Shown here: in pieces, positions 46,285-55,758 of the stretch | How positions within the stretch are numbered: the first letter of the stretch is position 1 | Layout of the letters: each line of letters begins with the position of its first letter | Assembly: GCA_963810255.1 (NCBI GenBank) | Contig: CAWEMT010000003.1 | Span: forward strand, 784,958 to 848,957 | DNA: 64,000 bases | DNA from: an uncultured Alphaproteobacteria bacterium | GTDB taxonomy: Bacteria > Pseudomonadota > Alphaproteobacteria > Rhizobiales > Xanthobacteraceae | Direction: 5' to 3' | Notes under the pieces: generated by a model | What the model was told of the DNA's origin: nothing | Databases searched by the model: none | What the model saw: only the letters and a program-made list of their open reading frames with translations | Position numbers and translations under genes: made by a program

Positions 46285-46999
46285 CTAGCAGACGACCGTC
46301 GCACGCGCTTTGCCGCGTAGAACGGTTTCGATCGCACCTTTTTCGCCGATCGAAAAGACGATGATAGGCATCCGATTTTCCCGGGCAAGCGCGAAGGCAG
46401 TGGAATCCATCACGCGCAGGTTTTTCTCGAGCGCCTCCTGGTGGGCGATACGCTCATAGCGCTTGGCTTTCGGGTCCTTCTTGGGGTCGGCGCTGTAGAA
46501 CTCCGTCCACATTGGTGGCCTTGAGCACGGCATCGCAACTGAGCTCCGCCGCCCGCAGCACCGCCGTGGTGTCGGTGGTAAAGAACGGATTGCCTGTTCC
46601 GGCGCCCAGCAAAACAATTCGGCCTTTGCCGAGGTTCTTGGCCGCCCGTTTGCGATTATAGGTCTCGCAGACCGCCGGCATCGCCAGCGCCGATAGCGTG
46701 CGCGCTTCACAGCCGGCACGCTCGATCGCGGCCTCAAGCACCAGACAATTCATCACGGTCGCCAGCATGCCCATGGTGTCGCCGACCGGGCGCGGCACGC
46801 CGCGCGCCGACACTTCGACGCCACGGAAGATATTGCCGCCGCCGACGACAACACCAAGCTCGACGCCGAGCTTTGCGGTAGCCACCAGGTCGGCGGCTAT
46901 CCGTTCGACCGTCTTCTGATCGATGCCGAAGCCTTGCGAGCCGGTTAAGGCTTCACCGGACAGTTTGACGATCACGCGCCGATAGACCGGTTTGGCCAT
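46285..46999 (-). pseudogene. pyrH: UMP kinase split by a +1 frameshift
   Basis: The N-terminal ORF reads ...LKATNVDGV and the C-terminal ORF continues [17 protein letters not shown].... On the coding strand this reads gga gtt [c] tac agc, with the surplus nt at about 46498-46500. Removing it gives 237 aa. Confidence 0.88.
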
Positions 47000-47044
47000 T
47001 TCATCCCCACGTACCTGCCGACAGAGGCCGCGGTCCGCTTGCGG

Positions 47045-47968
47045 TCAGCTCTGACCTGCGGCGGCCGCAACTTCGGCGGCGAAGTCGGCTTCCTGCTTCT
47101 CGATTCCTTCACCGAGCGCGTAACGTACGAACCCGGCGATCTTGATCGGCGCCCCCACTTTGCCTTCGGCTTCCTTGACGGCCTGGGTGACGGTTTTTGC
47201 CGGATCGTGCACATAAGCCTGTTCAAGCAAGCAGACCTCCTTATAGAAGGTCTTGAGGCCGGACTCGACGATCCTGTCGATCACATTGGCCGGCTTTCCC
47301 TGCGCTTTGAATTTCTCCGCCAGCACGTCCTTCTCCCGCACCACCGTCGCTCGATCGAGGCCGGCGGCATCGAGCGCTTGCGGATTGGAGGCGGCGACAT
47401 GCATGGCAATCATGCGGCCGAGTGACGTCAGTTCGTCGGCATTGCCGGCGGATTCGAGCGTGACCAGCACGCCGATGCGGCCGAGGCCGTCGCTGACCGA
47501 ATTATGCACGTAAGATCCGACCGCGCCCTTTCCGACCGACACCATGTCGGCGCGGCGCAACGTCATGTTCTCGCCAACCTTGGCGATGGTATCGGTGATT
47601 GCGTCGGCGACGGTTATGCTGCCAGCCTTGGCGGCTTTGATTTTTTCCACGTCGGTGCCCGCTGTGAGCGCTACATCGGCAATCATCATCACCAGGCCCT
47701 GGAATAGATCGTTGCGCGCGACGAAATCGGTTTCCGAATTGACTTCGACGACGACACCTTTGGTGCCTTGGACTTTGACGCCGATCAGGCCTTCGGCGGC
47801 GACGCGGCCGGCTTTCTTGGCGGCCTTGGACAGGCCTTTCTTGCGCAACCAATCGATCGCGGCCTGCATGTCGCCGTCGGTTTCGTTGAGCGCACCTTTG
47901 CAGTCCATCATGCCGGCGCCGGTGGACTCGCGCAGTTCCTTGACCATCTGGGCAGTGATATTCGCCAT
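47045..47968 (-). CDS. tsf: elongation factor Ts
   Basis: The start at 47968 ([24 protein letters not shown]). The upstream part of the track ORF only translates repeat family A. 307 aa. Confidence 0.93.
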   Translation of the reverse strand: MANITAQMVKELRESTGAGMMDCKGALNETDGDMQAAIDWLRKKGLSKAAKKAGRVAAEGLIGVKVQGTKGVVVEVNSETDFVARNDLFQGLVMMIADVALTAGTDVEKIKAAKAGSITVADAITDTIAKVGENMTLRRADMVSVGKGAVGSYVHNSVSDGLGRIGVLVTLESAGNADELTSLGRMIAMHVAASNPQALDAAGLDRATVVREKDVLAEKFKAQGKPANVIDRIVESGLKTFYKEVCLLEQAYVHDPAKTVTQAVKEAEGKVGAPIKIAGFVRYALGEGIEKQEADFAAEVAAAAGQS

Positions 47969-47987
47969 TGAATTTACCCTTGCATTG

Positions 47988-48076
47988 GTCATGGCCGGGC
48001 TTGTCCCGGCCATCCACGTCTTTCAATCCGGCGTTGCGGCCAAGGCGTGGATGCCCGGGACAAGGCCGGGCATGAC
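47988..48076. repeat. REP-like element, family A (inverted pair)
   Basis: gtcatggccgggcttgtcccggccatccacg ... cgtggatgcccgggacaaggccgggcatgac. These are two inverted units, each itself a hairpin, in the rpsB-tsf spacer. A related half-unit lies at 8574-8594. Confidence 0.8.
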
Positions 48077-48084
48077 GAAGAGAC

Positions 48085-49089
48085 CTACTCGGCTTCCGCC
48101 GTCAATTCCTTGGCCTTGCTGATCCAGCTTTCGACGCGACCGGGCAGACCCACTTCCTCGCCGACATTGTGCGCGGCTTTTTCGTTGAGCTCGGCGATCT
48201 GCGAAAAGTGAAAGATGCCAAGATCGTTGAGCTGCTTCTCGATCGCCGGCGAAATGCCGGGCAGCTTCTTGAGATCGTCGGCCACCCCGCGCGGACCGGG
48301 CAACGGCTCGAAGCCGAGGTCGGCAAGCGCCGGCGCGGTCGGCACCGGCTCCACAATCGGCTTTTCAGCGGCGCCCACATCGACGCCCATCTCGCCCTGC
48401 GCGCGCGAAATGCCGTCGATGGCGGCTTTCGCGATCAGATCGCAATAGAGCGTGACGGCGCGACTGGCGTCATCGTTGCCGGGCACGACGTAGGTGATGC
48501 CGGCCGGATCGGAATTGGTGTCGACGATGGCCGCGACCGGAATGTTGAGCCGGCGCGCTTCCTTGATGGCGATGTCTTCTTTGTTGGTGTCGATCACGAA
48601 CAGAAGGTCCGGCACGCCGCCCATGTCCTTGATGCCGCCGAGCGAGCGGTCGAGCTTGTCGCGCTCGCGCTGCATGGTCAGCCGCTCTTTCTTGGTATAG
48701 CCGCCGGACTCGCCGGAATTGAGCATCTCGTCGAGCTTACGCAGGCGCGAAATCGAGGCCGAAATCGTCTTCCAATTCGTCAATGTGCCGCCGAGCCAAC
48801 GCGAATTCACGTAATACTGCGCCGACTGCTTGGCAGCGGCGGCGATGGCGTCCTGCGCCTGCCGTTTGGTGCCGACGAACAGGATGCGGCCGCCTTTGGC
48901 CACGGTGTCGCTCACCGCCTGCAGTGCGCGATGCAGCATCGGTACGCTCTGCGCCAGGTCGATGATGTGAATATTGTTGCGGGTGCCGAAGATGTAACTA
49001 CCCATCTTCGGGTTCCAGCGGTGGGCCTGATGGCCGAAGTGCACGCCAGCTTCCAAAAGCTGACGCATGGTGAAGTCAGGAAGAGCCAT
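48085..49089 (-). CDS. rpsB: 30S ribosomal protein S2 with a C-terminal extension of about 80 aa
   Basis: The start at 49089 ([21 protein letters not shown]). 334 aa. The tail contains [31 protein letters not shown]. Confidence 0.92.
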   Translation of the reverse strand: MALPDFTMRQLLEAGVHFGHQAHRWNPKMGSYIFGTRNNIHIIDLAQSVPMLHRALQAVSDTVAKGGRILFVGTKRQAQDAIAAAAKQSAQYYVNSRWLGGTLTNWKTISASISRLRKLDEMLNSGESGGYTKKERLTMQRERDKLDRSLGGIKDMGGVPDLLFVIDTNKEDIAIKEARRLNIPVAAIVDTNSDPAGITYVVPGNDDASRAVTLYCDLIAKAAIDGISRAQGEMGVDVGAAEKPIVEPVPTAPALADLGFEPLPGPRGVADDLKKLPGISPAIEKQLNDLGIFHFSQIAELNEKAAHNVGEEVGLPGRVESWISKAKELTAEAE

Positions 49090-49283
49090 AATCTTCTCCG
49101 GTTGATCCGCCGCGGACGTATGTGAGCCCGGAAAGGGCCACCGGATGGCCTTTTTGACCCATTGTCGGGGCCTAAAGCCTGCCGTCCGCGTGAGTGATGC
49201 CGGGCTTATATAGGCGCGAATTTGCCGATGCAAGGCGGACGCCACGCACCGGTCGTCCCCGCGAAGGCCCCAAAAGCTCGATC

Positions 49284-49385
49284 GGCCTCATGGTGAGGAG
49301 CGCTCCGAAGGAGCGCGTCTCGAACCATAGGGCAGCTCCATCCTTCGAGACGGGCTCGTTCCGCGCCTTCCTCAGGATGAGGCGG
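49284..49385. repeat. REP-like element, family D (inverted pair; translates as ...SKDG....WFETR...LLTMR)
   Basis: cctcatggtgaggagcgctccgaaggagcgcgtctcgaaccat, and the inverted partner ccatccttcgagacgggctcgttccgcgccttcctcaggatgagg. It lies in the dnaE-rpsB spacer. Confidence 0.7.
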
Positions 49386-49409
49386 AGAGGTGTCTCAGGC
49401 AAAAATTCG

Positions 49410-52400
49410 CTAAAGCGCCTCGACCTGCACCACGCCCGGCACCGCTTTGATGGCGCCGGCCACCTGCGGGGAGACCTTGAAGCGGCCGGGCAGCTTGACT
49501 TCCACCTCGGTACCGCGCGGAAGCATCAACACCACGCTTACCTCGCCGTCGCCGTTGGCCGCCGCGGACCGTGCGATCGGCTCCAGCCGCTTGGCCAGCC
49601 CCTCAATCGGCTTGTCGTCGCGCAAGAAGACGCGCAAGCCCTGCTGCAGATTGGCGGCGGCGGCATCGAGCGGTTCGACCGATTGGATGCGGGCGCGCAC
49701 GTCGTCGCCCTGCACCTCTGCCGACAGGAACAGTAGCACCGCGGTGCCCGGCTCGAGCAGGTCGCGATGCTCGGCCAGCCCTTCCGAGAAGATCACCGCC
49801 TCGTAATGTCCGGTGGCATCGGAAAGCCCGATGATGCCCATCTTGCTGCCCGTTCGCGTGCGCCGCTCTTGCCGCGACACGACAGTGCCGGCGACGCGGC
49901 CGGCGGTCGCGCCATTTTTGACCGCGCGCGCGAATTCGGCCCAGGGCTGTACCCGCAGCTTCTTGAGCACGGCGGCATAGTCGTCGAGCGGGTGGCCCGA
50001 CAGGAAGAAGCCGACAGCCTCGTATTCACGCCGCAGCCGCTCGGCCGGCAGCCAGGGTTCGGCATTCGGCAATGCAATGGCTTCGCGCGCGCCGATGCCG
50101 CCGAACAATTCATTCTGCCCGACGGAAGCGGTCTCATGCGCGTGCTGGGCGCGGGCCAACACCTGATCTACGGTCATGAACACGCGGGCCCGGTTGGCCT
50201 CGAAGGCATCGAAGGCGCCGGCCGCACTGAGGCTTTCCAGCACGCGCTTGTTGATGGCGCGCGGATTGATGCGCGCGGCAAAGTCGGCGAGATCGGCGAA
50301 GGGGCGCTCTCCCCGCGCCGCGATGATCGCTTCGACCGCCTGCCTGCCGACGCCTTTGAGCGCGGCCAGCGCGTAGATGATGGTGTCGCCGTCGACCTCG
50401 AAAGCGAGGCTTGAACGATTGATCGACGGTGGATCGACTTTGAGCCCAAGCCGCTCGGCCTCAGCGCGAAACTCGGCCAGTTTGTCGGTATTGCCCATGT
50501 CCAGCGTCATCGACGCGGCCATGAACTCGACCGGATAATTCGCCTTCATATAGGCGGTCTGATAGGCGACCAAAGCATAAGCAGCCGCATGGCTCTTGTT
50601 GAAGCCGTATTCGGCGAAGCGCTCGAGCAGATCGAAGATGGCATCGGCTTGCGAGCGCTCGACGCCGCGCTCGACCGCGCCTTCGACGAAGCGCTTGCGC
50701 TGCGCCTGCATCTCCTTCCTGATCTTTTTGCCCATGGCACGGCGCAACAGGTCGGCATCGCCGAGCGAGAAGCCGGCGAGGATCTGCGCGGCCTGCATCA
50801 CCTGTTCCTGGTAGATGATGACGCCGAAGGTCTCCTTCAGGATCGGCTCCAGCTTGGGATGGATGTAGTCGGGCTTCTCCATCTCGTGCTTGCGCGCGCA
50901 ATAAGTCGGAATATTCGCCATCGGACCGGGGCGGTAGAGCGCGACCAGCGCGATGATGTCCTCGAAGCGGTCGGGCCGCATGTCGAGCAGCGCGCGCCGC
51001 ATGCCGGCACTTTCCAGTTGGAACACTCCGACCGCTTCGGCCCGGGCTAGAAGGTCGTAAGTGGCCTTATCGTCGAGCGGGATGTTGGTGAGGTCGATGT
51101 CGATGCCGCGCCGCTTCACCAACGCGACCGCGGTTTGCAGCACCGTCAGCGTCTTGAGGCCGAGGAAATCGAATTTGACGAGGCCGGCCTGCTCCACCCA
51201 TTTCATGTTGAACTGGGTGACCGGCATGTCGGATTTCGGATCGCGATAGAGCGGCACCAACTCGGTAAGCGCGCGGTCGCCAATGACGATGCCGGCGGCG
51301 TGGGTGGAGGCGTGGCGGGTGAGGCCTTCCAGCTTCCTGGCGATGGCGAAGGCGCGTTTCACGACCGGATCGCTTTCGGCTTCCGCCTGCAGCTTCGGTT
51401 CATCTTCGATGGCGCGCGCCAGCGTCACCGGCGCCGCCGGATTCTGCGGCACCATTTTGCAGAGCTTGTCCACTTGCCCATAGGGCATTTGCAGCACGCG
51501 GCCGACATCGCGCAGCACGCCGCGCGCCTGCAGCGTGCCGAAGGTGATGATCTGCGCCACCTGATCGCGGCCGTAACGCTCCTGCACGTAGCGGATCACT
51601 TCCTCGCGGCGGTCCTGGCAGAAATCGATGTCGAAATCCGGCATCGACACGCGCTCGGGATTGAGGAAGCGCTCGAACAGCAGGCCGAAGCGGATCGGAT
51701 CGAGGTCGGTGATGGTGAGCGCGTAGGAGACGAGCGAACCGGCGCCGGAGCCGCGGCCGGGCCCGACCGGAATGCCGTGGTTCTTCGCCCATTGGATGAA
51801 GTCGGCGACGATCAGAAAATAACCGGGATATTTCATGCCGGCGATGACGCCCAATTCGAAGTCGAGTCGCTCGCGGTATTCGTCGGCGGTATGGCCGGGC
51901 GCCGCCCCGGCGCTCGCCAGGCGGCGCATCAGCCCGGCTTCGGCGCGTTTGCGCAGCTCAGTCGCCTCATCGACCGTGCTGCCGCCCTCGCCCGTTGAAA
52001 AGCGCGGCAGGATCGGATCGTGGGTGCGCGGGCGGAAGGCGCAGCGCTCGGCGATTTCCACGGTCGACGCGAGCGCTTCGGGCAGATCGGCAAACAGCTC
52101 GACCATTTCGGCGCGGGTCTTGAAACGATGCTCGGCGGTGAGATGCCGCCTGTCGGGCTCAGCCAGCAAGCGACCTTCGGCGATGCAGACAAGCGCGTCA
52201 TGCGCCTCATAGTCGGCGGCGGTCGCGAAAAATGGTTCGTTGGTCGCGACCAAGGGCAGCGATTGGCTATAAGCAAGATCGATCAGCACCGGCTCGGTCA
52301 TGCGTTCATTGGCGGTGCCGTGGCGCTGCAATTCGATATAGAGGCGGTCGCCAAACAGACGTGCCAGCGCCGCAAGGCGCGTCACGGCGAGATGGCTTTG

Positions 52401-52886
52401 GCCTGCCGCGATGGCGACGTCGAGCGGTCCGCCGGGGCCGCCGGTCAGCGCGATGATCCCATCGGTCTGCCCCTCGAGCCAATCGATCTTGAGGCGCGGC
52501 GGTTCGTTCGCCGGCGAATTGAGGAACGCGCGCGAATTGAGCCGCATCAGGCTGCGATAGCCTTCGTCGCGCGCGGCCAAGAGCACGATGCGCGAGCGTT
52601 CGGCCGTGGCGTGGCCGTTGCGGGCGCCGTGATCGGTATCGCCGAAATCGATCGCCAGCGCGCAGCCGATAATCGGCTGGATGCCGGCGCCCGAGAGCTT
52701 TTCGGAGAATTCCAGCACACCGAACATGTTGTCGGTGTCGGTGAGCGCGAGCCCTGCTTGCTTGTCGGCCTTGGCGAGCTCGGCGAGGCGCGCGATCGTG
52801 ATCGCGCCCTCCAACAACGAATAGTTCGAGTGCACATGCAAGTGCACGAAGTCGAGATCGGCCACGGCTGATTCCTTGGTCTGCAC
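49410..52886 (-). CDS. dnaE: DNA polymerase III alpha subunit (replicative DnaE1)
   Basis: 1158 aa. The PHP N-terminus FVHLHVHSNYSLLEGA and overall sequence mark DnaE1 rather than DnaE2. The start is GTG at 52886 or GTG at 52865. Confidence 0.93.
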   Translation of the reverse strand: MQTKESAVADLDFVHLHVHSNYSLLEGAITIARLAELAKADKQAGLALTDTDNMFGVLEFSEKLSGAGIQPIIGCALAIDFGDTDHGARNGHATAERSRIVLLAARDEGYRSLMRLNSRAFLNSPANEPPRLKIDWLEGQTDGIIALTGGPGGPLDVAIAAGQSHLAVTRLAALARLFGDRLYIELQRHGTANERMTEPVLIDLAYSQSLPLVATNEPFFATAADYEAHDALVCIAEGRLLAEPDRRHLTAEHRFKTRAEMVELFADLPEALASTVEIAERCAFRPRTHDPILPRFSTGEGGSTVDEATELRKRAEAGLMRRLASAGAAPGHTADEYRERLDFELGVIAGMKYPGYFLIVADFIQWAKNHGIPVGPGRGSGAGSLVSYALTITDLDPIRFGLLFERFLNPERVSMPDFDIDFCQDRREEVIRYVQERYGRDQVAQIITFGTLQARGVLRDVGRVLQMPYGQVDKLCKMVPQNPAAPVTLARAIEDEPKLQAEAESDPVVKRAFAIARKLEGLTRHASTHAAGIVIGDRALTELVPLYRDPKSDMPVTQFNMKWVEQAGLVKFDFLGLKTLTVLQTAVALVKRRGIDIDLTNIPLDDKATYDLLARAEAVGVFQLESAGMRRALLDMRPDRFEDIIALVALYRPGPMANIPTYCARKHEMEKPDYIHPKLEPILKETFGVIIYQEQVMQAAQILAGFSLGDADLLRRAMGKKIRKEMQAQRKRFVEGAVERGVERSQADAIFDLLERFAEYGFNKSHAAAYALVAYQTAYMKANYPVEFMAASMTLDMGNTDKLAEFRAEAERLGLKVDPPSINRSSLAFEVDGDTIIYALAALKGVGRQAVEAIIAARGERPFADLADFAARINPRAINKRVLESLSAAGAFDAFEANRARVFMTVDQVLARAQHAHETASVGQNELFGGIGAREAIALPNAEPWLPAERLRREYEAVGFFLSGHPLDDYAAVLKKLRVQPWAEFARAVKNGATAGRVAGTVVSRQERRTRTGSKMGIIGLSDATGHYEAVIFSEGLAEHRDLLEPGTAVLLFLSAEVQGDDVRARIQSVEPLDAAAANLQQGLRVFLRDDKPIEGLAKRLEPIARSAAANGDGEVSVVLMLPRGTEVEVKLPGRFKVSPQVAGAIKAVPGVVQVEAL

Positions 52887-53039
52887 GCAGACTGCGGACA
52901 GTCAGCGGCCAAGTCCACCGTCTATGGGACGCCGCCGCGGACTATGCCCGCTTTTCGCAAGGCGCCATTCCGCGCAGCGTCCGGCCGGTTGGGGAACGGC
53001 CAAGACGAAGCGCGGATACGCGGGGCAGGCGGGGACGGC

Positions 53040-53138
53040 TTATAGATTTCCCAGCACCTGCGACCAGATGGCGATCATGCCGATGAACAGCGACAGGGAC
53101 GCGAGCGCGGCGGCTTCTTGAACGAGGGCTTTGACCAT
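53040..53138 (-). CDS. 32-aa hydrophobic peptide, putative SOS-regulated small membrane protein
   Basis: Below the ORF-track size cut-off. atg gtc aaa gcc ... cta taa translates to MVKALVQEAAALASLSLFIGMIAIWSQVLGNL. It has strongly GC3-biased codons like the genuine genes here, an SD gggagag 6 nt upstream of the ATG, and a promoter with LexA boxes directly upstream. Confidence 0.55.
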   Translation of the reverse strand: MVKALVQEAAALASLSLFIGMIAIWSQVLGNL

Positions 53139-53139
53139 T

Positions 53140-53193
53140 GTTCTCTCCCGGAACGGAGAGAGAACATAGTTCATGGTATGTTCTAGTGTCAAG
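53140..53193 (-). promoter_or_regulatory. LexA-box cluster and sigma70-type promoter for the 32-aa ORF
   Basis: On the minus strand: -35 CTTGAC (53193-53188), an 18-nt spacer containing GAAC-ATACCAT-GAAC (53183-53169), and -10 CTATGT (53169-53164). Then GTTC-N7-GTTC (53165-53151) and GAAC (53143-40) abutting the ATG. The tetramers are phased 11 bp apart, as at lexA. Confidence 0.65.
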
Positions 53194-53367
53194 CGACGGT
53201 GGTGGGTGAGTTTAAGCTATTGCTTTGCCTTGATCTTTGCCAAATGACGCCCTGTTGCGATGCCACAAGTCTCTAGGACCTGGGCCGGGAGTCGGACTTA
53301 ATGGGCCAAGCGGTGGCCTTGGTCTGTCGTTGCCCCGTCCCGTCACACAGACCGTTGCGAGGCCCCG

Positions 53368-53598
53368 ATGTCCGTCTTTGGCGAGTTGTACGGCTATATC
53401 AGCGAGCGCAAGCGCTACTGGCTGCTTCCGGTGTTGATTCCGGTCTTGGTGGTCCACGGGCTGATCGTCGCGTCCGAGGGCGTCATCCAAGCTCTGCAAA
53501 GTCTTCAATCGGTGGCGTCGGCGCTATCGCCCAAATTCGCCAGCGGCTTTGCCGCGGCCTGGGCACGCCCGCACCTGCGGCATTCTCGTCGCGCTTAA
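53368..53598 (+). CDS. small membrane protein with a DUF5989-like N-terminus and divergent C-terminus
   Basis: 76 aa. MSVFGELYGYISERKRYWLLPVLIPVLVVHGLIV resembles the DUF5989 small-protein family, which is usually about 50 aa. The C-terminal half does not. Assignment made from memory of the family. Confidence 0.35.
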   Translation: MSVFGELYGYISERKRYWLLPVLIPVLVVHGLIVASEGVIQALQSLQSVASALSPKFASGFAAAWARPHLRHSRRA

Positions 53599-53636
53599 GG
53601 TGCCTTAACCGGCAGGCTTCGACAACTTCGGCCTGC

Positions 53637-54368
53637 TCACTCCAGCTCCACCACCCGCCCATCCTTCAACGTCACCCGCCGGTCCATGCGACCGGCGAGT
53701 TCCATGTTGTGGGTGGCGATGATGGTGGCAAGGCGGGAGGCGCGCACCAGTTGGGTCAGAGCCGCGAACACGTGGTCGGCGGTGTGCACGTCGAGGTTCC
53801 CGGTCGGCTCGTCCGCCAACAGAATCCTGGGCGCATTGGCGACCGCGCGGGCGATGGCCACCCGCTGCTGTTCGCCGCCGGACAGCTCCGCCGGCCGGTG
53901 GGTCAGGCGCTCCCCTAAGCCGAGATAGCTGAGCAATTCGATCGCGCGCTTGTTCGCCTCGCGGCGCGACAGGCCGCGGATCATCTGCGGCAGCAGCACG
54001 TTCTCGAGCGCGGTGAATTCCGGCAGCAAATGATGCGACTGATAGATGAAGCCGATCTCGTTGCGGCGAATGCGGGTGCGCTCATGATCGGGCAACGCGG
54101 CGGTCGCGCGGCCGTCGATATAGACCTCGCCGTGATCGGGATGTTCGAGCAGGCCGGCGATGTGCAGCAGCGTCGATTTGCCGGCTCCCGAGGGCGCCAC
54201 CAGCGCCACCGACTGGCCGGGCCAGACCGCCAACTCCACGCTTGTCAGCACGTTGAGCGTCGCGTCGCCCTGCCGGTAATGGCGTTCGACCCCGTGCAGG
54301 AACAGGATGGGGGCCTCCTGCTCTTCCTGCGTAGCCTCGACGCGCGTCTCGACCATGGTCTCACTCAT
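53637..54368 (-). CDS. lolD: lipoprotein-releasing ABC transporter ATP-binding protein LolD
   Basis: Walker A (APSGAGKST), signature ([14 protein letters not shown]) and Walker B ([11 protein letters not shown]) are present. The start at 54368 overlaps the lolC stop by 8 nt. Confidence 0.88.
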   Translation of the reverse strand: MSETMVETRVEATQEEQEAPILFLHGVERHYRQGDATLNVLTSVELAVWPGQSVALVAPSGAGKSTLLHIAGLLEHPDHGEVYIDGRATAALPDHERTRIRRNEIGFIYQSHHLLPEFTALENVLLPQMIRGLSRREANKRAIELLSYLGLGERLTHRPAELSGGEQQRVAIARAVANAPRILLADEPTGNLDVHTADHVFAALTQLVRASRLATIIATHNMELAGRMDRRVTLKDGRVVELE

Positions 54369-55629
54369 AACGCAGCGCCTCCACCGGATCGAGGCGGGCC
54401 GCGCGCCAGGACGGATAGAGCGTGGCAAGCAACGAAAGCGCCAGCGCCATGACTACCACGGCGGTGGTCTCCGCACTGTCCATATCGGCGGGCAGGTGCG
54501 AGAGGAAATAAAGCTCGGGCGAGAACAATTCGGTATGGGTGAGCCAGGACAGGAACTGGCGGATGTTCTCGATGTTGAGACAGACCACCACGCCAAGCAA
54601 GAAACCGACGATCGTTCCGATTACGCCGATCGAAGCGCCGGTGATCAGGAAAACGCGCATGATGGCGCCTTGCGTCGCGCCCATGGTGCGCAGGATAGCG
54701 ATATCTTGCCCCTTGTCCTTCACCAGCATGATCAGCCCGGACACGATGTTGAGGGCTGCCACCAGCACGATCAGCGTCAGGATCAGGAACATCACGTTGC
54801 GCTCGACCTGCAGCGCGTTGAAGAAGGTGGCGTTGCGCTGACGCCAGTCGATCATGAAGATCGACCGTTGCGCAGCGTCCTGGATAGCCTTGCGGTAACT
54901 GTCGACGCGGTCGGGATTGTCGGTATAGACCTCGATGGCGGTGACGTCGCCAGCGCGGTTGAAATAGGCCTGCGCTTCCTTCAGCGGCATGAAGACGAAG
55001 GCGGAATCGTACTCCGACATGCCGATCTCGAACACCGCCGCCACCTTGTAGACCTTGATGCGCGGCATGGTGCCCATCGGCGTGACCGCACCGCGCGGCG
55101 CCACCAGCGTGATGTTGTCGCCGGAACGCAGCGACAGCTGGTCGGCGAGCCGGCGCCCGATCGCCACCCCCTGCCCCTGGTCGAAGCCGTTGAGCGTGCC
55201 TTGCTTGATGTTCTTGGCGACCGAGGGAAGCTTCTCGAGATCGGCGAGACGAATGCCGCGGATCAGCACGCCGCCGGAATTAAACGGCGAGGACGCCAAA
55301 GCCTGGCCTTCGACAATCGGCGCGGCGAGGCGAATGCCGGGCACCTTGGCGATGCGGGCGGCGACCTCCTGCCAATCGGTCAGAGGCTTCTCCAACGGCT
55401 GGATCAAGAGATGGCCGTTGAGACCGAGGATCTTGTCGAGCAGCTCCTTGCGAAAGCCGTTCATCACCGCCATCACGATGATCAAGGTGGCGACGCCGAG
55501 CATGATGCCGAGGAAGGAGAACCCGGCGATGACCGAGATGAATCCTTCCTTGCGCCGTGCCCGCAAGTAGCGCAGCGACAGCATCCACTCGAACGGAGAG
55601 AAGGGCCGCGTCCCTGTAGGCTCGCTCAT
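54361..55629 (-). CDS. lolC: lipoprotein-releasing ABC transporter permease LolC/LolE
   Basis: 422 aa. It has MacB-like/FtsX-family topology and is paired with lolD. Confidence 0.85.
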   Translation of the reverse strand: MSEPTGTRPFSPFEWMLSLRYLRARRKEGFISVIAGFSFLGIMLGVATLIIVMAVMNGFRKELLDKILGLNGHLLIQPLEKPLTDWQEVAARIAKVPGIRLAAPIVEGQALASSPFNSGGVLIRGIRLADLEKLPSVAKNIKQGTLNGFDQGQGVAIGRRLADQLSLRSGDNITLVAPRGAVTPMGTMPRIKVYKVAAVFEIGMSEYDSAFVFMPLKEAQAYFNRAGDVTAIEVYTDNPDRVDSYRKAIQDAAQRSIFMIDWRQRNATFFNALQVERNVMFLILTLIVLVAALNIVSGLIMLVKDKGQDIAILRTMGATQGAIMRVFLITGASIGVIGTIVGFLLGVVVCLNIENIRQFLSWLTHTELFSPELYFLSHLPADMDSAETTAVVVMALALSLLATLYPSWRAARLDPVEALRYE

Positions 55630-55758
55630 CGATGACTGCTTCCCGACTCTCGATTTTCACACGATTCGGGCGGTTTCAAGCCATCGCCCCGTGGTAAGGC
55701 GCTTGTCCGCGCACAGATTTCTGCCTTTGCCCGATTGGGCAAGGCGCGTTGGTTGAAC

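Noticed and set aside
49172-49402. 76-aa ORF ([39 protein letters not shown]...).
   Set aside because: It is simply the translation of repeat family D. The same applies to the N-terminal extensions of the track ORFs for tsf (family A), the MFS transporter (family B) and rnj (family C).
52876-53121. 81-aa plus-strand ORF in the dnaE upstream region.
   Set aside because: It has no SD and an Arg/Gly/Ala-rich composition, and it lies antisense to the better-supported 32-aa ORF.
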